From positions 1 through 58,579 of the IMG/VR virus record IMGVR_UViG_3300020034_000014: a stretch of DNA of 58,579 nucleotides; one strand, given 5' to 3'. The stretch comes from a virus. Taxonomy: Duplodnaviria > Caudoviricetes. The translations under genes and the position numbers were made by a program. The first letter of the stretch is position 1. Each line of letters starts with the position of its first letter. Of this stretch, positions 1-8,793 are shown piece by piece. The notes beneath the pieces are model-generated. The model saw nothing but the letters and a program-made list of their open reading frames with translations. It did not search any database and was not told where the DNA came from.

Positions 1-12
1 CGCCTAATTACC
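1..12. repeat. 12-nt terminal direct repeat, left copy (probable cos end)
   Basis: CGCCTAATTACC at 1-12 is identical to 58568-58579; the junction lies just upstream of HNH-TerS-TerL. Confidence 0.8.
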
Positions 13-271
13 CGCGTTGATTTCGTTGCTCAAAAAGGACCCAAGAAAAAAAATAAAATAAAAAATTATTTTTTCCGTGATGTAATGCACACATTGATTT
101 ATTCATAGTATTAAATAAAAAATTTTAAATAAAAAAAAACTATAATAATAAATTAATTATGACACATACATATAGTGTAATGATAGCGATGAATACCCAT
201 ACTATCCTCACCATGATGCACACCCCTATGCGACACCATGACATTAGATGCTGTGTATATACACGCCTTCA

Positions 272-1021
272 TTATTTAAGCCTGCCTCCTGCACGCATGC
301 GCCTTTCGAGATTAGCCTTGAATTTGCGATCAAATATTTTTTGTGCTACCGGCCCCGGTTTAAAGCGCACTGAATAGTTTACACTGTTCACCGGCATAAG
401 CGCTGTGCGTATCGTGCTACCGAATCCCGAAGTAATGCGCTCATACACTACACCTGCTTTTAATTTCCCTCTGTTGACCGGCAACACAAAAAAGCTTCCA
501 CCACCGCCTTTCTTGCGTTGACGACGCAAACGACTGCCCCGCTTTTTTTCTGTTTCGTTTGCGGTAGGGTCAAACTGCACTGCCAGTTGTGACATTATTT
601 TAGTAATGAACTTTGCGGGTAAATTTCCATACGCATCTAGTGGCATGCTTCGGCCCGGTGTGAAAAATTTATTCCGTATGCGTGGATTCGCCTGCAATCT
701 TTTTTCAGGCGCTTTTTGCGCACGCCCGCCACCTTGCACATTGGGAAATAAATATTCGCTTGGTGGCACGCCTTTATTGACTTCTTTCCTGACAAACACT
801 TCTGCACTCAGTTTTCCCGGCGTAGCGGCTTTGAACAAAATGCTGTTTACCGTTAGTGGCCTTGGGCGGTCAAATACCCGGCGAAATTCATCCTTGAAGC
901 CATCGCGAATATCGAACGCGGTATCGTTGATCGATTTCACCATAATATTACTCAATTCTTTTTGCTCTATATCCTTGAAGCGTTTTATCAGGCGCGCAGC
1001 ATCAAAGGCAACCTTAAACAT
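272..1021 (-). CDS. Tail completion/neck protein (gpZ-like), located outside the main tail module
   Basis: SINDTAFDIR..FDRPRPLTVNSI pattern typical of this family; GGAGG upstream of ATG 1021 (ORF track start 1048). Confidence 0.6.
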   Translation of the reverse strand: MFKVAFDAARLIKRFKDIEQKELSNIMVKSINDTAFDIRDGFKDEFRRVFDRPRPLTVNSILFKAATPGKLSAEVFVRKEVNKGVPPSEYLFPNVQGGGRAQKAPEKRLQANPRIRNKFFTPGRSMPLDAYGNLPAKFITKIMSQLAVQFDPTANETEKKRGSRLRRQRKKGGGGSFFVLPVNRGKLKAGVVYERITSGFGSTIRTALMPVNSVNYSVRFKPGPVAQKIFDRKFKANLERRMRAGGRLK

Positions 1022-1316
1022 TTTTCCCTCCATTGGATTTTTCCACATGGGACAAAATCACGCCTTGCACCCATTGGGCGATATGTGAATATTCCGCGTG
1101 ATTATCAACGAACGAAAAAAAATTATTTTTCGCCAATCGGCCCGTGCCTACGTTGATCGATACCCAAAAATTTGATTTTGGCAAAGGGCGCAGGGAAATT
1201 ATTTTATAGTTTTTCCAGTGCCCCGTGCCGTGCCTTGCGTAGACACTCCATCCTGCAAGCGATCCGATGCACTCGGCGTTGTCGGGCACATTGCCCGCTA
1301 GAGTGTTTTTCTCCAA
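1014..1316 (-). CDS. Hypothetical protein
   Basis: 100-aa ORF overlapping the start of the downstream gene. Confidence 0.5.
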   Translation of the reverse strand: MEKNTLAGNVPDNAECIGSLAGWSVYARHGTGHWKNYKIISLRPLPKSNFWVSINVGTGRLAKNNFFSFVDNHAEYSHIAQWVQGVILSHVEKSNGGKNV

Positions 1317-1351
1317 TTCCTTCGCTTCACCATCACCGCTAGAATCTATCT

Positions 1352-1416
1352 GTTATCCGCCGAAGGCTACGCAGTCGCGCCTTAGTGCGGCGGTCAGCGT
1401 AGCCTTAACGGGATTA
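1352..1416. other. Long imperfect hairpin in a non-coding region
   Basis: AAGGCTACGC (1363-1372) pairs with GCGTAGCCTT (1397-1406). Confidence 0.6.
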
Positions 1417-1484
1417 AAAGTCAATAGGCTATTTTAAAATTGTTTGGAATCAATGAGTTATCATGCTTTTTATGACAAATGAAT

Positions 1485-1580
1485 CCATGTGATATTACGT
1501 GATACTACGTGATAAACCGTCAAAATAAAATTTAAGTAATTGATTTTACAGGGAAATTCTACATGATATGTATCACGTAG
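1485..1580. repeat. Iteron-like repeats (YTACGTGATA), candidate replication origin
   Basis: Three tandem 10-bp units at 1485-1514, an AT-rich spacer, then an inverted pair CTACATGATA/TATCACGTAG at 1559-1580; next to the primase-helicase. Confidence 0.6.
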
Positions 1581-1668
1581 AACGCTTTTTTCCACATAAA
1601 AACGGGTGAAATTTAGCATTTTTCTGCTTCGTGTATGATCGTGCGCCCATTAACGAAAAAGGCCTAAT

Positions 1669-1989
1669 ATGCTCAAGCCTGCAAAAATCCCGATAAGTAT
1701 TACCGTAGAAATTCGCATTTATTTAGATGACAAATGCATAAGACATAATGACCCCGACTCAAAATCTAGCGATCCTGAATTGACTTTATTGCGAGAGATC
1801 AAAAACGGAAAAGGCAATTTAACTGTAGCCAAACTAGCTAAAATTGCGAAACTGACACATATGCAAACGCGACTCAGACTTGCTAAATTTGCACAAAATA
1901 AATTAGTTGAACAGCTAGGCATCGGCTCAGGTAAAAGATACTACATTACAAAATTGGGCAAAATGCATCTAGAAAAACAAAACGCCTAG
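1669..1989 (+). CDS. Stand-alone winged-helix protein, paralog of the primase-helicase C-terminal domain
   Basis: Gap-free manual alignment gives 31/64 identities with the C-terminus of 1986..4052 (GKG, AKLTxMQTR, KRYxITKLG). Confidence 0.8.
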   Translation: MLKPAKIPISITVEIRIYLDDKCIRHNDPDSKSSDPELTLLREIKNGKGNLTVAKLAKIAKLTHMQTRLRLAKFAQNKLVEQLGIGSGKRYYITKLGKMHLEKQNA

Positions 1990-4052
1990 CAATCCCCGGC
2001 ATCGTCATTTGATTGCCGTTTTTCAGCGAATTTTGCTAATTGGGCACCACCCAATTTTGTGATGGTGTAGCGTTTCCATGCTCCCACGCCTTGCGCATCG
2101 ATTAACCCGACTTCGGCACATTTTTTAATTTCCACGCGCGTTTGCATAATCGTCAATTTTGCAGCTTCGGCCAATTCTAATAATGTCGCTTCACCCTTGC
2201 CCGCCTTTACCGCGAGCAATACCCGCTCCATGCGAGATTGATCCTCCAAGAGTTTTGCAGCCTCTTTTACGTTGCTTTCAATTTGCTGAATATCCGGCGC
2301 ATGCCTCAAAACACCGTGCGCGCCGACCTCGAAAAAAACATCCCCGGTATGCGGCCCATAATTATTTTTCACAAATCTTGCGACAACGTAGCGTCCGGCA
2401 TCATCTTCCGCCAATCCATATAAAGGCGCATCGCGTCTAGGGAGTCTGGTTAGCAACATCGATGCCCGCGCATTGTCTACCAGTGCCGAAGCCCCGCGCA
2501 CCACGCTTTGCGTCGCATCCTGTAGGCTCGTGACCTGCCCGCCTTTGCTCACATGATGCACCACGACAACCGCACATTTACACGTTGCCGCGATGCGATC
2601 CAGCGCCAGCATTAGCCGCGCCATTTCTTCGTTATCGTTTTCGCTGCCCCCGTTGAAAAATACCAGCGGATCGATTACAACTAATTTCATATCGTGCAAG
2701 GGTTTAATTTGTTCAATCAGGTAATCGACGCGATTTGTTTCCTGCAAATCACCGAATTCATCATGCGCCAGCATCCGCCAATCCAAGCCGCGCACTGATG
2801 CCACGCCCAAATGCTCTATGATCCTTTCGCGCTGTTTTTCGGTGTAGCCTTGCTGCTGTTGTATGGCATGTATGCGCCTATGGATATCATCTTTATCTTC
2901 CTCAGCAGTGAGTATCAGCGCCTTGCCCACTGTGCCCGGCTCAAATGGTCCCAGCGATTCACCGGCTGCAAAGGCTATGGCAAGTTGCAGCATTAAAAAA
3001 CTTTTGCTGCTACCGCCCGCGCCAGCGACTACCGTTACCTTACCGACTGCGATACGACCATCAAAAACCCACTCTAAAGGCACCGGCCCATGCTCATTAT
3101 TGAAGGCATACTCTGTGTCACCAATGACCCAAATACCTTGCGAAAATTCGCGCGTCAACGGCCTGTAGCCGCCTTTGCGCGCCAGCGCCATCACGCTGCG
3201 TATGGTCCAAAGCGCCCTATCCCGGTTGCGGTCAAATGTGTTCCACTTATTTAAATCATGCTCTTGGAATTTTTCACTCGACCTACTCCAATCTTCCCAA
3301 AGCGCAAAGCCCTTTTGTCCGTAGGCATGGCGCAACGCATGGCCTATATTGATCCATCGCGCATAGTCGCCTGCATCAATGTGCGCCAGCGCTTCGCGGA
3401 TTACTTCTACTTCAACCTTTGGAATTTTTGCCGTTCGTGGCGCGTCTTCGTCATCGCCCTCTATAACGCTAAACTCGCTACCCGGCCCCGTGTTGCTCAC
3501 ACTGCGCCCGCTCAAACTCTCAGGTAGTGGCACAATCTCTTGCTCCCAAGGCGCACAGTCTGCCCGCCATTGGTAGCGCCTGCCCGATTCATGCATGCTA
3601 GGCCATGCTACGACGAAGCCACGGCCCGCCTTTTTAACATCGATACCCTTGCCTAGCGTGCCGCCCGGCTCGCCTTCGTAGAATAGGTGTAGGCCACCGC
3701 CGCCGCTCTTTTGGATTACTGTTGTTGCTGCTTTGTCACCGGCCAATAATTTTCTAAGCGTGACTTCACCGCCATTACGCGGATCAATGTCAATCACGCA
3801 CGTTCCCGGCTTGGGCATGATGCCTATATGGGCATCCGGCCAACGCTGCCACCATACTACTAACTGCTTTTCGTTCGTGGTTGCTTTGTTTTGCCACGCC
3901 TTGATTAATGGGTGTTTGCCCGGCGTGTCGCATTGCACATCACCGCAGGCGCAACGCGCGGAACCATCACGCGCCTTGCGCAGCCACCAAACGGGCAAAA
4001 CGGGGAAACCCTCGCGGGCGTAGCGAAGCGCTGCGTCTTTTAAACTAGACAA
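1986..4052 (-). CDS. Bifunctional primase-polymerase / PriCT-2 / AAA helicase with C-terminal winged helix
   Basis: Prim-Pol motifs CACG..C..PGKHP, IDIDPRNGG, GGGLHLFY; PriCT-2 WINIGHAL..WEDWSR; P-loop GAGGSSKS; VVIDP, VHHVSK, RGASA. Confidence 0.92.
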   Translation of the reverse strand: MSSLKDAALRYAREGFPVLPVWWLRKARDGSARCACGDVQCDTPGKHPLIKAWQNKATTNEKQLVVWWQRWPDAHIGIMPKPGTCVIDIDPRNGGEVTLRKLLAGDKAATTVIQKSGGGGLHLFYEGEPGGTLGKGIDVKKAGRGFVVAWPSMHESGRRYQWRADCAPWEQEIVPLPESLSGRSVSNTGPGSEFSVIEGDDEDAPRTAKIPKVEVEVIREALAHIDAGDYARWINIGHALRHAYGQKGFALWEDWSRSSEKFQEHDLNKWNTFDRNRDRALWTIRSVMALARKGGYRPLTREFSQGIWVIGDTEYAFNNEHGPVPLEWVFDGRIAVGKVTVVAGAGGSSKSFLMLQLAIAFAAGESLGPFEPGTVGKALILTAEEDKDDIHRRIHAIQQQQGYTEKQRERIIEHLGVASVRGLDWRMLAHDEFGDLQETNRVDYLIEQIKPLHDMKLVVIDPLVFFNGGSENDNEEMARLMLALDRIAATCKCAVVVVHHVSKGGQVTSLQDATQSVVRGASALVDNARASMLLTRLPRRDAPLYGLAEDDAGRYVVARFVKNNYGPHTGDVFFEVGAHGVLRHAPDIQQIESNVKEAAKLLEDQSRMERVLLAVKAGKGEATLLELAEAAKLTIMQTRVEIKKCAEVGLIDAQGVGAWKRYTITKLGGAQLAKFAEKRQSNDDAGDC

Positions 4053-4207
4053 TATTTTTATTCCGGGCGCGGTTAATGGGCATCACGCACAAGCGTAGAC
4101 GTTGTGCGTAGCGCAAACTGTGCGAACGTTACGCCTTTGTGTGATGGCATTCAATACACTTTTGTAAAACTTGCAAGGCGTTGACTACACAACGAAAATC
4201 AAAACGC

Positions 4208-4236
4208 TTGAACGCCCGGCGCATGGGATATATAAT
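4208..4236 (+). promoter_or_regulatory. Sigma70-type promoter
   Basis: TTGAAC-17 nt-TATAAT. Confidence 0.65.
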
Positions 4237-4242
4237 GCGCTT

Positions 4243-4334
4243 GTCTCGCTGCTCCCCGTGGCGTTGACTGGCGCATCGTGTAGGACGCAAGGGCGGTAGA
4301 ATCCGGGCGCGGAGACTACCGCCCCTTGTTTTTT
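4243..4334 (+). ncRNA. Candidate ~90-nt small RNA
   Basis: Lies between the 4208-4236 promoter and an intrinsic terminator; no convincing ORF; start estimated from promoter spacing. Confidence 0.4.
4288..4334 (+). terminator. Intrinsic terminator
   Basis: CAAGGGCGGTAG/CTACCGCCCCTTG stem followed by T6. Confidence 0.7.
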
Positions 4335-4349
4335 CAGCACAAATAAAAC

Positions 4350-4378
4350 TTGCATTCGATTACTTGCGGGCGTATATT
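4350..4378 (+). promoter_or_regulatory. Promoter for the rightward early operon
   Basis: TTGCAT-17 nt-TATATT with GGCG before the -10, as in the other phage promoters. Confidence 0.55.
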
Positions 4379-4491
4379 TTCCGCTGCGCACTGGTAGGCG
4401 TCGCGTGCAGTCGCTTCCGTCCCCCGGATAGCGGCAGATACAACGCGCCTACTTTGTGCGCCCTCAAACGCAAGAGGAAACGGGGAACACC

Positions 4492-4812
4492 ATGCCATTT
4501 TTAGCACCAATGCCAAAGCGCAGAACGCCTATCACCGATAGGGTGTTGCTCGAAGCGCCACGCCATCAATTCGCGCCGCCCGGCGAACATTTTCTAATCA
4601 CACCAGCGCAAGCCTTGCTTGAGCAATGCAAAAAATTTGAATTACAAAATCAGGAATTATTAGCCGCGCTGAAACTTGCCGAAAAATTATGCAAAGAAGC
4701 GTTGCCTAAATTTAATTGGAGCGCATCGGCGCTAGACGCGAATGCAATCAGCCTATTGAATAATGTGCCTATCGCAATTAGCGCCGCGATCAAGAACGCG
4801 GAAAAACCATGA
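4492..4812 (+). CDS. Hypothetical protein
   Basis: ACGGGGAA RBS before ATG 4492; first of a run of overlapping ORFs. Confidence 0.7.
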   Translation: MPFLAPMPKRRTPITDRVLLEAPRHQFAPPGEHFLITPAQALLEQCKKFELQNQELLAALKLAEKLCKEALPKFNWSASALDANAISLLNNVPIAISAAIKNAEKP

Positions 4813-4991
4813 CCATCAAAAAATCAATATTGATTCAAGTTATCGTGATTGATCAAGCAACCAATTTGCAGATCACACGCGAAATACAAATTTATGATAG
4901 TGATATCGGATGGGAACTCGAAAGGCTTTTTACCCGGCTAGGCGAAAAATACGCAAAAGAAATCGATCCCGCTTTTGAAAGTAATTACTAG
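4809..4991 (+). CDS. Hypothetical protein
   Basis: ATGA overlap with the previous ORF. Confidence 0.6.
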   Translation: MTIKKSILIQVIVIDQATNLQITREIQIYDSDIGWELERLFTRLGEKYAKEIDPAFESNY

Positions 4992-4993
4992 CC

Positions 4994-5191
4994 ATGACCG
5001 CGCCACTCGGCACGCTCACCATGCCCAAACTTGACGGTATCGAAATCAAGCCCGGCGTTTGGATTATTGGCGAACCTACGCCCGTGCCCGGCACTGACAA
5101 ATTGCACGCACTCGCTGAAATCGAAGGCACGCTTTGTCTGGTTGAATTGGTATTAAAATTTCCCGTTGATGTGAAGCCCATACCATTATGA
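4994..5191 (+). CDS. Hypothetical protein
   Basis: Tightly packed operon ORF. Confidence 0.6.
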   Translation: MTAPLGTLTMPKLDGIEIKPGVWIIGEPTPVPGTDKLHALAEIEGTLCLVELVLKFPVDVKPIPL

Positions 5192-5370
5192 ATATCGCCG
5201 ATTTGATAATGGAATTACAAAAACACCCCGCTAACGCGGAAGTGTATGTCAGTGACGGTCCCGCACACGGCCAAAATATCGCGGATGAACGCGACCCGTT
5301 TATCATCAGAGACGATATCGAAATATGGGAAAACGATAAACTAAAAAAAGTTGAACGGGTGAAACTTTGA
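5188..5370 (+). CDS. Hypothetical protein
   Basis: 4-nt overlaps at both ends. Confidence 0.6.
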   Translation: MNIADLIMELQKHPANAEVYVSDGPAHGQNIADERDPFIIRDDIEIWENDKLKKVERVKL

Positions 5371-5693
5371 CCACCAAAGAAATATTTTTTATCGTCGCAT
5401 TTATTTTTGCGTGCGTAGTGTTTGTCTACTCATACATTACCGTAGGACGTGCAAGGCGTGCGGTAGCGAATGCGCAAAGGCTTGCGCGAGTCAACACCGG
5501 CAAAATGCATGCGATTGATGAAACGCTGGATATGTATATTGCTGAACTCGACACCATACGTAAAGCCGCCAAGGAATTATGTATCATCGTTATCAATGAC
5601 CGCGCCGCCGTTAAAGAAAAACAAAAACGCGCGAATGCATTAATGCTATTACTCAAAGATTCTTATCAACGCATCGCGGAGCATAGGCTATGA
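5367..5693 (+). CDS. Hypothetical membrane-anchored protein
   Basis: N-terminal hydrophobic helix IFFIVAFIFACVVFVYSYI. Confidence 0.65.
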   Translation: MTTKEIFFIVAFIFACVVFVYSYITVGRARRAVANAQRLARVNTGKMHAIDETLDMYIAELDTIRKAAKELCIIVINDRAAVKEKQKRANALMLLLKDSYQRIAEHRL

Positions 5694-6190
5694 CTGACGA
5701 AGGAAAAATTATTATCGGTATAGTCATTGCATTTGTGTGCGCTGGTATCGTTTTGTATTTTGAATTCTTCCGGCGAAAAATAAACCACATCACCGGCAAC
5801 ATACCGCCGAAGCGCAACCCGCCGCCATACGCAGCGTCGCAGCTAGGCGTATGGAAAGGACGGCACACATTTGATAGTGGCTACACAACTTGCGGATGTT
5901 TTCCAATGTGCCGCATCGATTGCCCCGACCGCGCAACGTGCATAATTGAGTCCGGCCCACTGCACTATGCGCGTCTACCATCACAACGCGCGAGTTTGAT
6001 GCCGCTGTTCAACGAAGCAAAATTACAACGCGAAGAACGCGCAGAAGAAAAGTTAAGCCGCGATCTGGCGCGCATGCTCAAAGAACACATAGACGAAAAC
6101 CCGCGCGATCACCGGGCGAAGGCGCAGTTTATCAATTTGCACAATGCTAGTGATGGTTGGGGGTCTTATCATGCTCGTAAAAGAATATGA
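5690..6190 (+). CDS. Hypothetical membrane-anchored protein with a Cys cluster
   Basis: N-terminal TM helix; CGCFPMCRIDC. Confidence 0.6.
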   Translation: MTDEGKIIIGIVIAFVCAGIVLYFEFFRRKINHITGNIPPKRNPPPYAASQLGVWKGRHTFDSGYTTCGCFPMCRIDCPDRATCIIESGPLHYARLPSQRASLMPLFNEAKLQREERAEEKLSRDLARMLKEHIDENPRDHRAKAQFINLHNASDGWGSYHARKRI

Positions 6191-6393
6191 CAACCAAACG
6201 TAAGCGCATCAAAGCGCAACACACTTTGCTGCCGCATGAAAAGGACAAAGTGTTTCTGCGCGCATGGGCAAAGCACCGGCCCAATTACCTATATGGTAGT
6301 GATGCGCTTTCTAATGTATATGTAGGATGGAAACTCGCGCGGGAATTGGCGCGCATTCGCAGTAAGAAAAAATTCGGGGGCGTGTTTAAATGA
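6187..6393 (+). CDS. Hypothetical protein
   Basis: ATGA overlaps at both ends. Confidence 0.6.
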   Translation: MTTKRKRIKAQHTLLPHEKDKVFLRAWAKHRPNYLYGSDALSNVYVGWKLARELARIRSKKKFGGVFK

Positions 6394-6686
6394 AACTGGA
6401 ACGCTGGCAGAAAATGCTCAAGGCAAGCGATGGCACAGAAATTTTATATTATATGTTGCCTGATACGCTGGAAGATGACAGTCAGGAATTATCGTGTGTC
6501 GTGCATTTTCATGATCGTTGCGTGACCGTGCATATGTTGGGAATACCGAATACAACCGCGCAAAAATTCTTTGATGAAATTGGTGCAAAGACAGCGGATG
6601 CGACGCTAAAAATGGTAAACCAACTAGACGAAGTGAAAGCGAAAAAAGAAACGGGCGCGCATCATGCCGCACCGGGAATACACTAA
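6390..6686 (+). CDS. Hypothetical protein
   Basis: Operon ORF with ATGA overlap. Confidence 0.6.
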   Translation: MKLERWQKMLKASDGTEILYYMLPDTLEDDSQELSCVVHFHDRCVTVHMLGIPNTTAQKFFDEIGAKTADATLKMVNQLDEVKAKKETGAHHAAPGIH

Positions 6687-6844
6687 GGGATAAATTAAAA
6701 TGAATACTATCATGGATAAAACCATAGATATTGATGTAACTATGCCGCCGCTGCCGTGCAATCATGAAGATGCCAAGCGACACGCCAAAAGTCTAGCGCC
6801 ACACTCCAACATCGCGCGCTGTTATCTTGACCTTGTAGCAAAAA

Positions 6845-7048
6845 TTGAAAATACAAACCATGACAACATGGCAGGATGAATATCAAACGCTGATTGATGA
6901 TTGTGTAAACCGCGAATCACGCTTGACAGATTTCGAGCGCGGATTTATCGATGGCCTTGCGCGTTACATCGATAGCGGTAAGCGCCCAACACCAGACCAA
7001 ATTGAATTGCTTAGTAATATATGGGAAAAAGCAACGGCGAAAGGTTAA
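6845..7048 (+). CDS. Hypothetical protein
   Basis: LTDFERGFIDGL..PTPDQIELLSNIW helical pattern; true start may be slightly downstream. Confidence 0.6.
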   Translation: MKIQTMTTWQDEYQTLIDDCVNRESRLTDFERGFIDGLARYIDSGKRPTPDQIELLSNIWEKATAKG

Positions 7049-7051
7049 ACG

Positions 7052-7489
7052 ATGACACCACAAAAACAACTATTCGGGCACGATCCGACACAAGGCGTCT
7101 ACGGCGATTGCGCGCGTGCATGCGTTGCGTGCTTACTGGATTTGCCTATTGAAGATGTGCCACACTTCGCCGCTAAATTAATCAACGATCCGGACGGAAA
7201 TTTTAACGAAGAAATCGAAGTGTATTTACTTTTGCAAGGCATCGCGCCAATTTCGATTGCGTGGAAAGTAGAAGACTTGCAAACGTTGCTTGACTCAGTA
7301 TCACACAATAATAAAAATATTTACTACACACTCACCGGCACATCGCGCACCAAAGTAAATCACGAAGTTATTTGTCTGAATAACAAAATTGTTTTTGATC
7401 CATCACTTACCGATTCCGGCATCGTCGGCCCGTGCGCCGATGGATTTTATTGGACAACATTTTTTACAACGACGCGATTTATGGCATAG
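7052..7489 (+). CDS. Papain-fold (C39-like) cysteine peptidase-like protein
   Basis: GDCARACVACLL..NHEVI..VFDPS gives a Cys-His-Asp order. Confidence 0.5.
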   Translation: MTPQKQLFGHDPTQGVYGDCARACVACLLDLPIEDVPHFAAKLINDPDGNFNEEIEVYLLLQGIAPISIAWKVEDLQTLLDSVSHNNKNIYYTLTGTSRTKVNHEVICLNNKIVFDPSLTDSGIVGPCADGFYWTTFFTTTRFMA

Positions 7490-7540
7490 AATCCACGGAC
7501 CCACACGGGTATTTTTAATTTAACTATAAAGGGTAATCGC

Positions 7541-7903
7541 ATGAGCAAAGCATTTTTAGAAGCACTACACGATATTATCGATGAACGATTGGTAACGCAT
7601 GCGTTGCTTGAAGAAGACAATCCCGCGCCCGCTGCGAAAAAGAAAGGCGCAGCGACAGCCGGAAAGAAAAAAAGCGCAGCAGTCGATGACGAAGTAGACG
7701 AAGAAATGTTGAAAGACCTCGCCAAGAGCGCCGCCAAAGTAGCAGGCAAGCCCGCGCTAGTGGCGTTGCTCAAGAAATACAAGGCAACATCGGTTTCAGA
7801 AATCCCCGAAGCGAAATACGAAGCCGCCGCAAAAGCAATGCGCGCCCTTGCGGAAACGGAAGACGATGACGCAACCGGCGATGACGATACGCTTTTTGAT
7901 TAA
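7541..7903 (+). CDS. Replication-module protein with acidic tail
   Basis: LLKKYKATSVSEIPEAKYEA pattern and acidic C-terminus, upstream of DUF2800. Confidence 0.6.
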   Translation: MSKAFLEALHDIIDERLVTHALLEEDNPAPAAKKKGAATAGKKKSAAVDDEVDEEMLKDLAKSAAKVAGKPALVALLKKYKATSVSEIPEAKYEAAAKAMRALAETEDDDATGDDDTLFD

Positions 7904-7953
7904 GTAATGGATAGGCTGCGCCCGGCCTTCACCACACCAAGGGAATAAAAATT

Positions 7954-8244
7954 ATGGATATGACAATTGCACAATGGCGCGAGCATCAGGACCGTTTTCG
8001 CATCACCGGGAACCGTTGCGCAACTGCGATGCAGGAAGCATCTGGCGCAGCCGACAGCCGCGCGATTGCTTATACATCATTCGCGTTTGCGATATGCAAA
8101 TTGCTTGAAGATGTTTCGTGTTCAACCGCTGACTATATGGAAGATCAGGAACGAAAAGACGCAGAACAAAAAACAGGATTTGCCAATGTGCCGGTCACGG
8201 TAAAGCCTTCGCAACCCGCACCGAAGCGCGGTAAAAACAATTGA
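7954..8244 (+). CDS. Hypothetical protein
   Basis: RBS AAGGGA; operon ORF. Confidence 0.6.
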   Translation: MDMTIAQWREHQDRFRITGNRCATAMQEASGAADSRAIAYTSFAFAICKLLEDVSCSTADYMEDQERKDAEQKTGFANVPVTVKPSQPAPKRGKNN

Positions 8245-8450
8245 GCAACACCAGCAAGCGCCGCGTATGCCCGCCCGGTTTCATTATGATGCCGGAAGCA
8301 ATCGTAAAGTTTCTGCACGGTAGCGGCCCGCATCCCGATAGCCACAAATGGTTTGAAGAATCCGCGCGCTATCACATCGGGCACTTTTGGTGGCGTGCCT
8401 ACATCCGCGACTATGCACCGCCACAACCGAAGCGCAAGGCGAAGGCATGA
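8241..8450 (+). CDS. Hypothetical protein
   Basis: Overlapping operon ORF. Confidence 0.55.
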   Translation: MSNTSKRRVCPPGFIMMPEAIVKFLHGSGPHPDSHKWFEESARYHIGHFWWRAYIRDYAPPQPKRKAKA

Positions 8451-8793
8451 AACTAGATGATATGGGCGATGGTGAAACAATGCGCGTTGTTATCGTGCCC
8501 GAAAATATTTTTGAGCGCATCGCGTGCGAAGTATTCGCAGCGCTTGCGTTTCATGCCGTGCGCCGCTCGACATTCAGCAGAGAAAAAGGCGTTTGGCATT
8601 TTTGTATTTACATCGTCGCACTAAAAGATTAATTATGAAGCGCAAATTTAAAAAGTGGTTATGCCATTGGTTTTATATGGGGCATAAGTGGGCACCGCTT
8701 AGTATGAACGAAACCAGCGCAATCTATTTTTTCACTGAGGATGTTTGTTTAACTCGCTGCGAACGTTGTAGCGCTCTTGAGCCTTACGAATAA

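Noticed and set aside
159-377. His/Met/Thr-rich 72-aa ORF
   Set aside because: Low-complexity sequence near the genome end, no RBS, antisense overlap with a better gene
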